Assembly: GCA_963846425.1 (NCBI GenBank)
Contig: CAWJVW010000005.1
Location: 2,647,350 to 2,711,349, forward strand
Direction of reading: 5' to 3'
Length of the DNA: 64,000 nucleotides
Origin: an uncultured Acidobacteriota bacterium
GTDB taxonomy: Bacteria; Acidobacteriota; Vicinamibacteria; Vicinamibacterales; UBA2999
The stretch's first letter is position 1. Every line of letters begins with the position of its first letter. A program made the position numbers and the translations under genes. The notes under the pieces were generated by a model. It was given only the letters and a program-made list of their open reading frames with translations. It was not told the origin of the DNA and searched no databases. Positions 17,295-26,221 of the stretch are shown piece after piece.

Positions 17295-19481
17295 TTACTG
17301 ACCGGGCCGATACTGGCGTTCGATATGACCCTCTAGTTCCGGACGATAGAAATAGACGTCGCGCAACGTGCCCGTGGCGTAGCGCGTCGCTTGGTCGTTG
17401 AAGTGCTTCGACGTCGGATCCCCACTTTGTCCACCTGCGGTGATTGCCTTCGCGCGCACGCGATCGCCGAACTCGACGACGGCCACGAAGCTGTTCCCGC
17501 TCGTTCCGTACATCTTTTTCGTCGCCGGATAGGTCCGCGCGCCGTATGACGCAAGCGATCCCCACCGCCCCGAGGTGAAGCCCACCGGTATGCTTGGTTG
17601 CGCGTCGCTGAACGGCTGCACGATGTCCCCGGTGAGACGCTGGAACCGATTGATGTCACCCCACGGCGTTTTCCACGTGCCGAAATCGGTGGCGAGCTTG
17701 TCGGACGCGGTTGCGAGCGCTTGCAGCAGCAGCTCGGGTGTTGCCTTGTTGACGATGAACTCCTCGGCGGACATTCCCGCCTTTCGTGCGTCGTCATTGA
17801 CACGCCGCGCGATCTCATCACCCCAATACACGGCGACGGAGGTCGCAACTGACGTTGCCGACCATCGGTAATCCCACGTACGCAGAACCTCGATCGGCTC
17901 GGTCACCTTCTTCTTGAGCGGGTTCTCGGCTGGCAATCGATCCCACGCCTTCAGCAACGCGGGGATTTGCCTCTCGAACGCCGGGAGGTAGCTGTCGTAC
18001 GCCGCCGCTATGAGCGAGTCCAAGGTGAAGTTTTTCGTGTTCTCGAGCACTTTGATCGCATGGATGCCCCGCGCGTTCTCACCGCTGCTCTCCACGTAGG
18101 CAGGGAAGTTTACCTTCTTGGGGCTGTTCGGACCTGCTGCAGACCATGGCCAGTTGTTCGTGTTGTACAGCCATCCACTCGGCGGATTGAGCAAACCGGG
18201 CGTCTCGTCGGTTGACAGCACGCCGTTCCACTCGGTGGCCGGATCGCTGCCGTCAACCGGCTTTGTCCAGTCGAACTTCGTGTCGCGCTTGGGAATGAAG
18301 TTGGAGTGGAAGTACGCGATGCTCCCGTCCGCGTCTGCGTAAATTGTGTTGTTCGATGAGTTCGTGTGCAGCTCCATCGACTGCCGGAACTCCTTGTAGG
18401 TTTTGGCCTTCGTGCGCGAATACGACTGTGTGAGCGCTTTGAGCGGCTCCTGCATGAGCCTGACGCTGATCCACTTGCCGTCGGCCTCACGGACCACTGG
18501 CCCGTGATGGGTGTAGTAAACGATAAATTCCTTCTGCCTCAAGCCCGAGCTCGACGTGTAGGGCACGACGATCTTCTTGGTGCTCATCCGCCGCTCTTCG
18601 TTTCCGTAGCGGTAATGGACACCGTCGTCCTTCTTGATGACAGTTTCGGCGTACTCATCGATGTTGTCTGCGCCGCTCGAGGTGTGCATCCATCCGGTGC
18701 GATCGTTGAAGCCCTGATAAATGAAGAACTGCCCCCATGTGATGGCGCCGTAGGCGTTCAAGCCTTCGTCACTGACCATCTGCGCTTCAGCTCTGAAGAA
18801 GAACGAAGTGTGCGGATTGATCAGGAGCAGCGATTTGCCGTTCACGGTGTTCGACGGGCCAATCGCGATGCCGTTGGACCCACGTGGTTCCACCTCCGCC
18901 TCAGCACCTTCGGCGCTTCGGCGCGACAAGTCCGCGGACGTGTAAAACGCCTCGAGCTGAGTCAGATTGACGCGTTCGATGTCGCCGCCAATGCTGCCCT
19001 CGCTGAACGTGAGCGCCATCCACGGCTCGAAGCGCTTGATCACCCTTGGCGCCACGTTGGGATGCGTGTGCAGGTAATAGTTCAGCCCATCGGCGTACGC
19101 GTCCATCAGCCCCTTCAACCAGCCCGGACTTTTCTCGTACTGAGCTTGCATGTCCACCGGATCGATGAACAACTTCATACGAAGGTCGCGGTACACCTCC
19201 TTCTCGCCTTCAGCTTCGGCGAGACGTCCCATTGCGTTGAGGTAGTTCGTTTCGACCCGGTTGAAGTCATCCTCCGCCTGCGCGTACATCACTCCAAAGA
19301 CAACATCGGCATCCGTCTTGCCATAGACATGTGGAATGCCCCAATCGTCACGGATGATCGTAACGTTCTGCGCTTGCCGCTCCCATGCGGTGATATCGCG
19401 GCTCGACTCCGCCTTATCGGCGGTCGCCTGAGGTGCGCACGCCGCGCCGATTGCCGCGAGAGCCAGAATGAGCGTCTTCAT
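17295..19481 (-). CDS. penicillin acylase / acyl-homoserine-lactone acylase family (peptidase S45, Ntn hydrolase)
   Basis: 728 aa with signal peptide MKTLILALAAIGAACA. The autoprocessing site context ...EPRGSNGIAIGPSNT places the beta-subunit Ser nucleophile. Family-like WGIPHVYG is present. Confidence 0.85.
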   Translation of the reverse strand: MKTLILALAAIGAACAPQATADKAESSRDITAWERQAQNVTIIRDDWGIPHVYGKTDADVVFGVMYAQAEDDFNRVETNYLNAMGRLAEAEGEKEVYRDLRMKLFIDPVDMQAQYEKSPGWLKGLMDAYADGLNYYLHTHPNVAPRVIKRFEPWMALTFSEGSIGGDIERVNLTQLEAFYTSADLSRRSAEGAEAEVEPRGSNGIAIGPSNTVNGKSLLLINPHTSFFFRAEAQMVSDEGLNAYGAITWGQFFIYQGFNDRTGWMHTSSGADNIDEYAETVIKKDDGVHYRYGNEERRMSTKKIVVPYTSSSGLRQKEFIVYYTHHGPVVREADGKWISVRLMQEPLKALTQSYSRTKAKTYKEFRQSMELHTNSSNNTIYADADGSIAYFHSNFIPKRDTKFDWTKPVDGSDPATEWNGVLSTDETPGLLNPPSGWLYNTNNWPWSAAGPNSPKKVNFPAYVESSGENARGIHAIKVLENTKNFTLDSLIAAAYDSYLPAFERQIPALLKAWDRLPAENPLKKKVTEPIEVLRTWDYRWSATSVATSVAVYWGDEIARRVNDDARKAGMSAEEFIVNKATPELLLQALATASDKLATDFGTWKTPWGDINRFQRLTGDIVQPFSDAQPSIPVGFTSGRWGSLASYGARTYPATKKMYGTSGNSFVAVVEFGDRVRAKAITAGGQSGDPTSKHFNDQATRYATGTLRDVYFYRPELEGHIERQYRPGQ

Positions 19482-19579
19482 GGGTACCGGAGCTTACACC
19501 AGGACTCATGACGTGAGCGGGTGGACTTCACGCTCGTGTGAGCTGATGAAGTCTTGCGCGAAACGTAGGCATCTAGTCA

Positions 19580-20266
19580 TCACCAGAGGCCGGGTAACAA
19601 ACGCTCGCGAACGTGATTCGCATACTCGCGATACCCGGCGAGTTCGGTCGTGAGCATGCCATCCTCGAACGACGTCCGGATGACCAGCAAAACACCGATC
19701 AATGTTGCGGGTAGTACTGCGAGCCACGACCCCAACATCAATGCCAGGCCGATCATGAGCACAATCAGGGACGTGTACATCGGATGCCGGACGAAGCGAT
19801 ACGGCCCGTGCCGAACGACTCTGTGTCCGCGGTCGCTCTGGATCCTCGCGCTCGATGACAGAAAATGATTGGCCGCCGTGCACCACCAGATGACGACCAA
19901 TGCCGCCATGACCGCTGCCGTCCCCATCACTTGCACGGCCGCGGGCATGTCCGACCATTGGAAACGACCCGCGTCGAGAGCCGCGGTTGCAAACACAGTC
20001 GATACCAGGATCCAATAGCCTCGCACGAGGAGCCTGTCCCAGTGGGGGACATTCTGTGCGGTCGTCACTCGCTCTCGCAGCAACTCGGGATCGCGACGAA
20101 ACAACCACCAACCGCCAAGCAAAAGATAGACGGCAAGCAGTGAGATCAAGAACCACGCTGCCGGCCAATCGAGACGTCCCCCGAGGCCAAAGAGCGTGAA
20201 ACTTGTCGCCGCCAGGCCGACCAGACCCTTCACGACGATTTTGACCAGCACGTGCGATGGAGACAC
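19580..20266 (-). CDS. isoprenylcysteine carboxyl methyltransferase (ICMT)/PEMT-family membrane methyltransferase
   Basis: HGPYRFVRHPMYTSLIVLMIGLAL is present, with multiple TM helices. The track start 20479 runs through the upstream gene. GTG 20266 (overlap TAGTG) or GTG 20251 is the likely start. Confidence 0.7.
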   Translation of the reverse strand: MSPSHVLVKIVVKGLVGLAATSFTLFGLGGRLDWPAAWFLISLLAVYLLLGGWWLFRRDPELLRERVTTAQNVPHWDRLLVRGYWILVSTVFATAALDAGRFQWSDMPAAVQVMGTAAVMAALVVIWWCTAANHFLSSSARIQSDRGHRVVRHGPYRFVRHPMYTSLIVLMIGLALMLGSWLAVLPATLIGVLLVIRTSFEDGMLTTELAGYREYANHVRERLLPGLW

Positions 20267-20805
20267 TAGGGCTTCGTTCCCCGTGTGGCGAGATATCGTG
20301 TCCGGAGAATCGCAATGTGGTGGATGACGTGGCCTACGGCGAGATACGCGAGTGCACGCACGGTGAACGGGTTTCCGCTGGCGATGCCGCGGCGGCTCCA
20401 GGCCTCGTCCGGGAGATTGCGAAAGAATGACAGGGTTGCCGCTCGGACCGTGCTGAACTCTTCCACGTGAGTGCGCCACGAACGCGCATCAGCGCCCGCC
20501 GCGGATGCCGCAACAGTCTGATCGAAGCTGGGCAACGGGCTCTCGAAGCCGCGTGCAAACCAGAACGCGCGGGAGACGAACAGCCGTTCGGTATCGTTGA
20601 TGTGACTCAGAAGCTGGCGAATGCTCCACTTGCCCGGAGCGTAGCGTTGTCGCGATTGCTCCTCGGTGATGCCCCGCAGCAGCGAGAGTGTCTCGGCCGA
20701 CTGCGCGTGCAGGAGGTCGCAAATGTCGCCGGCCGGCACGCGATCGATATAGCCGAAGTAATATTCAGCCGCCTCGGTGCGATCGGGACGCGTGGTGACG
20801 CTCAT
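20266..20805 (-). CDS. DinB-family (DinB_2) metal-dependent protein
   Basis: MSVTTRPDRTEAAEYYFGYIDRV..., with His motifs LLSHINDTE and GHVIHHIAIL. ATG 20805 overlaps the upstream stop (ATGA). Confidence 0.7.
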   Translation of the reverse strand: MSVTTRPDRTEAAEYYFGYIDRVPAGDICDLLHAQSAETLSLLRGITEEQSRQRYAPGKWSIRQLLSHINDTERLFVSRAFWFARGFESPLPSFDQTVAASAAGADARSWRTHVEEFSTVRAATLSFFRNLPDEAWSRRGIASGNPFTVRALAYLAVGHVIHHIAILRTRYLATRGTKP

Positions 20806-21218
20806 CGCAGCGTCTGCCCAAAGCCCAGGACGTACCCATCGCGGTCCCGCACGGCAAATTCCTCCATGTGATAAGCCTCCTGGAGAATCGGGCCGTACAC
20901 GACGTCCGCACCGTTTGCCCGCAGCTCTCGGTGCAGCGCCCGCGCGTCGCGAACCCAGAAGAACGCGTCCCACGTTCCTCCTTGTTTCTCGTTCGGGGAG
21001 ATGTGCTCCGGCGTTGACACCAACCGCAACATGATGGCCAGGCCGTCTCGGCTCAGGATCACAAACTGTGGCGGCGTACCGCCAGCGTACTCGCGACGGA
21101 AGCCGAGCACGTTTTCATAGTGAGCTGCCGATTGCTCGATGTCCGCGACGACGAAGTACGGAGCGCTGCGGAGCAGCTGATTCGTCGCATTCTCAGGCGT
21201 GGTTTCGTTGGTCACCAA
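20802..21218 (-). CDS. VOC family / bleomycin-resistance-like protein
   Basis: SAPYFVVADIEQSAAHYENVLGF...EFAVRDRDGYVLGFGQ. Confidence 0.7.
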   Translation of the reverse strand: MVTNETTPENATNQLLRSAPYFVVADIEQSAAHYENVLGFRREYAGGTPPQFVILSRDGLAIMLRLVSTPEHISPNEKQGGTWDAFFWVRDARALHRELRANGADVVYGPILQEAYHMEEFAVRDRDGYVLGFGQTLR

Positions 21219-21299
21219 GAAGCCCCCACGGGCTGGATACTGCCCAATATATCGCTGTTACGTCGCTGCATGGTCCATACTAATCGCGCGATTACGACT

Positions 21300-22907
21300 A
21301 TGACGAAGCTGGCTCCGCGAGCGCGCGTGAAATGCTCGGTCATCGCCATTGCGGCAGTCACCACGTTCACGCTGCCCGGTGCCCATCACGCGTCCGGCCA
21401 ATCAGCGGCGAGCGCCAAAGATCGACCGCGACTCGCTGATTCGGATCGGCGCGGGAAGCTGAGCAGTGCGTTCGCCGCGATCGATCGCGTCTTCACCGAC
21501 TTCACCACGAGCGAGCACGTGCCCGGCGCGGCGTGGGGCATCGTGATCGACGGCGAACTCGCACACACAGGCGCGACCGGAAACCGCGATGTGACGTCTA
21601 AGAGCGCCGTCGATCCCGATACGGTGTTTCGCATCGCCTCGATGACCAAGAGCTTCACGGCGATGGCGATTCTGAAACTTCGTGACGAGGGGAAGCTCTC
21701 GCTCGATGATCCTGCGGAGCGTTACGTTCCTGAGCTGAAGAATCTGAGCTACCCAACCAGCGATTCGCCGCGCATCACGATCCGGCACCTGCTCTCACAC
21801 GCGGAAGGCTTTCCGGAAGACAACCCGTGGGGCGATCAACAACTCGCCGCTACGGAAGACGAGATGTCGGCCATGCTGCGGGCGGGGATTCCGTTCTCGA
21901 ATGCACCGGGCGTCTCATACGAGTATTCCAACTACGGCTTCGCGATTCTCGGTCGAATCGTCACGAACGTGGCGAAGATGCCGTATCGCGATTACGTCTC
22001 AGCAAACATTCTGAAGCCGCTTGGCATGCACTTCACAACGCTCGAGCCCTCCTCGGTCACGCCCGAACGGCTGGCGCGCGGTTATCGATGGGAAGACGAG
22101 CGATGGAAAGAGGAACCGCAACTGCGCGACGGCGCGTTCGGACCGATGGGCGGCATGCTGACGTCGATACGTGATCTCGGCCGTTATGTGGCGGCCTTTG
22201 TCTCCGCGTGGCCTCCACGCGATGGTCCGGAGACGGCGCCGATCAAGCGATCGTCCTTGCGCGAGATGCAGCAGATCTCGCGACCGCGCGCCAGCACCGT
22301 GAATCGGACCGCCAACGGCTCGATTCAACTGAACGCCGGCGGGTACGGTTTCGGGCTCGGTATCTCGGAGAGCTGCACGTTTGGCCACGTCGTGGCGCAC
22401 AGCGGCGGGCTCCCAGGGTTTGGCTCCCAAATGCGGTGGCTGCCGGAATACGGCGTCGGCCTCATCGCAGTGGGTAGCCGCACTTACACGGGATGGGGCG
22501 GCGTGTTTTCGACTGCCCTGGAGCTCCTGGACAAGACCGGAGGTCTTCAACGCCGCACGCCGCAGCCGTCGCGCGCGCTTGTCGACGCACGTGACGCCGT
22601 ATCGCGTCTGATCGTTCAATGGGACGATGGCCTGGCGGATCGAATTGCCGCGGAAAATTTGTTTCTGGATCGATCGAAGGATCGCCGGCGTCGCGAAATT
22701 GAGGCGCTGCGCGCCAAAGTTGGCGCGTGTCGTCCCGATGGAACGTTCAGCGATGTCGAAAACGCGCTGCGCGGGTCGTGGTCGCTGGAATGCGAGCGAG
22801 GAGAGCTAGGCGTGTCCATCACCCTGGCGCCAACGATGCCCCCGACGGTGCAGTTCCTCTTGGTCGGTCTTTCGCTGCCGCAGCCGCGGCCGACGTGCGA
22901 ACCGTAA
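21300..22907 (+). CDS. serine hydrolase, class C beta-lactamase-like family
   Basis: Start moved to ATG 21300 (MTKLAPRARVKCSVIAIAAVTTFTLPGAHHASG). SxxK in FRIASMTKSF, a YSN-type motif YEYSNYGF, and HSGGLPGF. Confidence 0.8.
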   Translation: MTKLAPRARVKCSVIAIAAVTTFTLPGAHHASGQSAASAKDRPRLADSDRRGKLSSAFAAIDRVFTDFTTSEHVPGAAWGIVIDGELAHTGATGNRDVTSKSAVDPDTVFRIASMTKSFTAMAILKLRDEGKLSLDDPAERYVPELKNLSYPTSDSPRITIRHLLSHAEGFPEDNPWGDQQLAATEDEMSAMLRAGIPFSNAPGVSYEYSNYGFAILGRIVTNVAKMPYRDYVSANILKPLGMHFTTLEPSSVTPERLARGYRWEDERWKEEPQLRDGAFGPMGGMLTSIRDLGRYVAAFVSAWPPRDGPETAPIKRSSLREMQQISRPRASTVNRTANGSIQLNAGGYGFGLGISESCTFGHVVAHSGGLPGFGSQMRWLPEYGVGLIAVGSRTYTGWGGVFSTALELLDKTGGLQRRTPQPSRALVDARDAVSRLIVQWDDGLADRIAAENLFLDRSKDRRRREIEALRAKVGACRPDGTFSDVENALRGSWSLECERGELGVSITLAPTMPPTVQFLLVGLSLPQPRPTCEP

Positions 22908-22913
22908 GTTGGC

Positions 22914-22963
22914 GATCACTAGATCACTAGATCACTAGATCACCAGATCCCAGATCACCAGAT
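22914..22963. repeat. tandem GATC-containing octamer array (about 6 units)
   Basis: gatcacta x3, gatcacca, gatccca, gatcacca, gat... The array starts 7 nt after the stop at 22907 and ends 15 nt before the SDR ATG (22978). Confidence 0.9.
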
Positions 22964-22977
22964 GCCCCCCGACCCCC

Positions 22978-23733
22978 ATGGATCTCAACGGTAAGACGGC
23001 CTTCGTGACCGGCGGCTCCGGCGACATCGGTGCCGCAATTGCCCAGGCGCTGGCCCGTGCCGGTGCACATGTCGCGATCTCGTACGTCGGACACAAGGAT
23101 GGGGCCATGGCCACGGCGGCCGCGATCGACGCAGCCGGGGTGCGAAGCCTGATGGTGCAACTCGATCAGCGGGATCCAGACTCGATCGACGCGTCGGTCG
23201 ATCAGGTAGTCAAGGGACTGGGACGAGTGGACATTCTCGTCAACAATGCCGGCTGGAACATCGGCATTCCATTCGCGGCGCTCGACGAGCTCACCGCTGA
23301 CATCTGGAACCGTGTCCACGAGACGAATCTACGAGGCCCGTACCTCCTTTCCAGGGCGTTCGCGCCGCATCTACGCGCGCACGGCGCCGGGCGGATTGTC
23401 AATATTGCCTCCGTTGGCGGGCTGCTGCCCGCAAGCAGCAGCGTCGCCTATTCGGCGAGCAAGGCCGGCCTGATTCACCTCACGCGTTGCCTGGCCGTTG
23501 CACTCGCTCCAACGGTCACGGTGAATTGCGTGGCGCCGGGATTGGTGGAAGGAACGCGCATGGCCGAGCGGCTGCCTCCAGCAGTGGCTGAAGGCGCTCG
23601 TCGTCAGGCCGTGCTTGGCCGAACGGCCAGCGTAGCGGACATCGCGGATCAGGTCCTGACATTCTGCCGTGCGGAGTCGGTCACTGGACAGGTGCTCGTC
23701 GTCGACGGCGGCATGCCTGGCGGCATGCATTAG
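22978..23733 (+). CDS. SDR-family oxidoreductase (FabG-like)
   Basis: TGGSGDIGAAIA (TGxxxGxG), NNAG and YSASKAG (YxxxK). Confidence 0.85.
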   Translation: MDLNGKTAFVTGGSGDIGAAIAQALARAGAHVAISYVGHKDGAMATAAAIDAAGVRSLMVQLDQRDPDSIDASVDQVVKGLGRVDILVNNAGWNIGIPFAALDELTADIWNRVHETNLRGPYLLSRAFAPHLRAHGAGRIVNIASVGGLLPASSSVAYSASKAGLIHLTRCLAVALAPTVTVNCVAPGLVEGTRMAERLPPAVAEGARRQAVLGRTASVADIADQVLTFCRAESVTGQVLVVDGGMPGGMH

Positions 23734-23752
23734 CAGATATGATTGCGCCATC

Positions 23753-23808
23753 TTGTGATCTGGTGATCTGGTGATCTTGCGATCTTGCGATCTTGTGATC
23801 TTGTGATT
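23753..23808. repeat. tandem GATC-containing octamer array (7 units), inverted relative to 22914-22963
   Basis: ttgtgatc, tggtgatc x2, ttgcgatc x2, ttgtgatc, ttgtgatt. The unit tggtgatc is the exact reverse complement of gatcacca in the upstream array. Confidence 0.9.
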
Positions 23809-23850
23809 GTCGGTGCTCCCCGATCATCAGAGCACCTCGTACAAACGTCA

Positions 23851-24660
23851 ATGAGCTTCACCGATCTCGCGCTGGCGCGGCGACTCGAAAGGGCCGAGGC
23901 CCAGAGCAACGTCGATTTCGTCGAGGCTCGCGCGCGCGCGTTGCCCGACAGCGGGGCGCAATGGATCGAGGTCGCTGGCGCGTATGCCATGTTCGACGGC
24001 ATCACGTCGCCGCTGACGCAGTCGTTTGGTCTCGGCCTCTTCGACAGGGTTACGGATGCCGAGCTGCAGCGTCTCGAGGCCTTCTTCCAGCAGCGCAGGG
24101 CCCCCGTCTGCCACGAAGTGAGCCCGCTCGCGGATCCGTCACTCCTGCCGTTGCTGAACGCACGCGGCTATCAGCCGATCGAGTTCACGAGCGTCACCTC
24201 ACGTTCATTGACTAGGTCGGCGAGCGTCGAAGGACCGCGCAACGAGCGTATCCGCGTGCGGACTGTCGATGAGAGCGAGTACGACTTGTGGGCCGAAACC
24301 GCCGCGCGCGGATGGATAGAATCTCCCGAGCTGGCTGATTTCATGCTGACCTTGTCGCAAATCAGTGCGCAACGGCAAAACACCGTGTCCTTTCTGGCGG
24401 AACTGAGTGGCCGACCCGTCGCGACTGGCGCGATGAGTCTGTGCGGAGGCGTGGCGCTGCTCGCGGGCGCCAGCACGATCCCAGAGGCGCGAAAGCAGGG
24501 AGCGCAGCTCGCGCTGCTCGACAGCCGCCTGCACTACGCCGCCGAGCATGGCTGCGACATCGCGATGATGTGTGCGCTGCCCGGCAGCGCGTCGCAGCGC
24601 AATGCCGAACGCCAGGGGTTTCGGATCGCATATACGCGCATCAAGTGGAAAAAACTGTGA
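23851..24660 (+). CDS. GNAT-family N-acetyltransferase
   Basis: Start moved to ATG 23851 (MSFTDLALARRLERAEA...). The acetyl-CoA motif region is TIPEARKQGAQLALLDSRLHYAAEHGCD. Confidence 0.65.
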   Translation: MSFTDLALARRLERAEAQSNVDFVEARARALPDSGAQWIEVAGAYAMFDGITSPLTQSFGLGLFDRVTDAELQRLEAFFQQRRAPVCHEVSPLADPSLLPLLNARGYQPIEFTSVTSRSLTRSASVEGPRNERIRVRTVDESEYDLWAETAARGWIESPELADFMLTLSQISAQRQNTVSFLAELSGRPVATGAMSLCGGVALLAGASTIPEARKQGAQLALLDSRLHYAAEHGCDIAMMCALPGSASQRNAERQGFRIAYTRIKWKKL

Positions 24661-24681
24661 GACGCCACTGTCAACGCGCAG

Positions 24682-24702
24682 AAAAGGGGACTGTCCCCTT
24701 TT
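24682..24702. promoter_or_regulatory. perfect 21-bp palindrome AAAAGGGGACTGTCCCCTTTT (candidate operator)
   Basis: Identical to 4237-4257. It lies 22 nt after the GNAT stop, abuts a TATAAT hexamer, and is 25 nt upstream of the thyA ATG. Confidence 0.6.
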
Positions 24703-24707
24703 ATAAT
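24702..24707 (+). promoter_or_regulatory. candidate -10 box (TATAAT) for thyA-folA
   Basis: An exact TATAAT lies 21 nt upstream of the thyA ATG, with GGAAG between them. No convincing -35 element is visible; that position is occupied by the palindrome. Confidence 0.3.
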
Positions 24708-24727
24708 TCTGCACAGGCCGGAAGACC

Positions 24728-25513
24728 ATGAGGGCTTATCTCGACCTCGTTCAGCACGTCCTTGACACCGGGGAGACGCGGGAGGATCGAACAGGCACAG
24801 GCACAATTTCGGTGTTCGGCGCCCAAACCCGCTACGACCTTCGCGAGGGATTTCCACTCCTCACTACAAAAAAAGTTCTGTTTGAGGCTGTTGTCCGTGA
24901 GCTGCTCTGGTTTTTGGGCGGGTGCACGAACACTCATCAACAGAAGCTGCGCGATCACACGCCCATCTGGGACGCCTGGGCTGATGCCGACGGCAATCTG
25001 GGACCCATCTATGGCTATCAATGGCGTAACTGGAACGGCCAGGGCATCGATCAGGTGCAACACGCGATCGATCTGATCAAGAAGAACCCCGCGTCGCGAC
25101 GCATCATTGTCAGCGCGTGGAATCCGGGGCAGCTTGCGGAGATGCGGCTGCCGCCGTGTCACATCCTGTTTCAGTTTTACGTCAGCCGGTCGGGCCGGCT
25201 CGATTGCCAGCTCTATCAGCGGTCCGCCGATCTCGGCCTGGGAGTTCCGTTCAATATCGCGAGCTACGCACTGTTGCTGACGATGATTGCGCAGGAATGC
25301 GACCTGACGCCGGGTGTGTTCGTGCACACGTTGGGGGATGCACACATCTATCTCAATCATCTAGAGGGACTGAAAGAGCAGTTGAGGCGCGACCCGCTCC
25401 CGCTTCCGCGAGTGACCGTCGCCCGCAGGCCATTGGGCGACATCGGGATCGGTGATATCGAGCTGCACGGGTATCAGCACCATCCGTTCATCCGTCTGCC
25501 AGTCGCTGTTTGA
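24728..25513 (+). CDS. thyA: thymidylate synthase ThyA
   Basis: [31 protein letters not shown]..., active site [12 protein letters not shown], and C-terminal ...PVAV. Confidence 0.95.
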   Translation: MRAYLDLVQHVLDTGETREDRTGTGTISVFGAQTRYDLREGFPLLTTKKVLFEAVVRELLWFLGGCTNTHQQKLRDHTPIWDAWADADGNLGPIYGYQWRNWNGQGIDQVQHAIDLIKKNPASRRIIVSAWNPGQLAEMRLPPCHILFQFYVSRSGRLDCQLYQRSADLGLGVPFNIASYALLLTMIAQECDLTPGVFVHTLGDAHIYLNHLEGLKEQLRRDPLPLPRVTVARRPLGDIGIGDIELHGYQHHPFIRLPVAV

Positions 25514-26079
25514 TGCCTCACTTCGACATTGTCGTCGCGGCCGACGAGGCCGGAGGCATCGGCAAGCAAGGGCAGCTGCCATGGCATCTAAAAAGGGACA
25601 TGGCGCATTTCAAGCGACTGACGCAGGAACCGCCGACCGCCGACACCGTGAACGCGGTGATCATGGGACGCGTCACGTGGCAGTCCATTCCCGAGAAGTT
25701 TCGTCCGTTGCCGAGGCGGATCAACGTAGTCATCTCGGGCAATGCCGCGGTGCCGCTGCCAGACGACGTGATTCGCGCGAAGAGCCTGGACGAAGCACTC
25801 GCCACGCTGGATAGGATGGCTGACGTCGGTCGCGTGTTCGTGATTGGCGGCGGACAGATCTATAGCCAGGCGATCGTGCATCGGGATCTCGACACGATCT
25901 ATCTGACCCGCGTCCATGCCACGTTCAATTGCGACACTCGTTTTCCGGCGATCCCTCGCGCATTCGCGCTCGTTTCCGAGTCGCCGCCGCAGACCGAAGG
26001 ACCGTTGATGTACAGATTCTGCGAATATCGCCGCGCTCCCGCCGCGTCAACCATTCGTCACCGGGGACAGTCCCTGTAA
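25513..26079 (+). CDS. folA: dihydrofolate reductase
   Basis: [24 protein letters not shown]..., VIMGRVTWQSIP and VFVIGGGQIY. The ATG at 25513 overlaps the thyA TGA (TGATG). The last 17 nt lie inside the 20-bp repeat array. Confidence 0.9.
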   Translation: MPHFDIVVAADEAGGIGKQGQLPWHLKRDMAHFKRLTQEPPTADTVNAVIMGRVTWQSIPEKFRPLPRRINVVISGNAAVPLPDDVIRAKSLDEALATLDRMADVGRVFVIGGGQIYSQAIVHRDLDTIYLTRVHATFNCDTRFPAIPRAFALVSESPPQTEGPLMYRFCEYRRAPAASTIRHRGQSL

Positions 26080-26122
26080 CGGGGGGACAGTCCCTGTCAC
26101 CGGGGGACAGTCCCCGTAACGG
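26063..26122. repeat. 3 tandem 20-bp units with GGGGACAGTCCC core
   Basis: Units are ggggacagtccctgtaacgg (26063-26082), ggggacagtccctgtcaccg (26083-26102) and ggggacagtccccgtaacgg (26103-26122). Same family as 3276-3335. Confidence 0.9.
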
Positions 26123-26221
26123 TGATCAGGCGATTCTTGCGCGGTCGTGTGAATTTTTAGCAGCCGCAGGGTTCGGAACTACAATCGGTCGTTCCCGTAT
26201 TCTTCAGATTAGGAGCGCAAG

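Noticed and set aside
22914-23808. The SDR gene flanked by inverted arrays as a transposon or IS element
   Set aside because: There is no transposase or recombinase and no recognisable target-site duplication. The termini are tandem octamers rather than unique terminal inverted repeats. I kept it as a finding but not as a mobile_element call.
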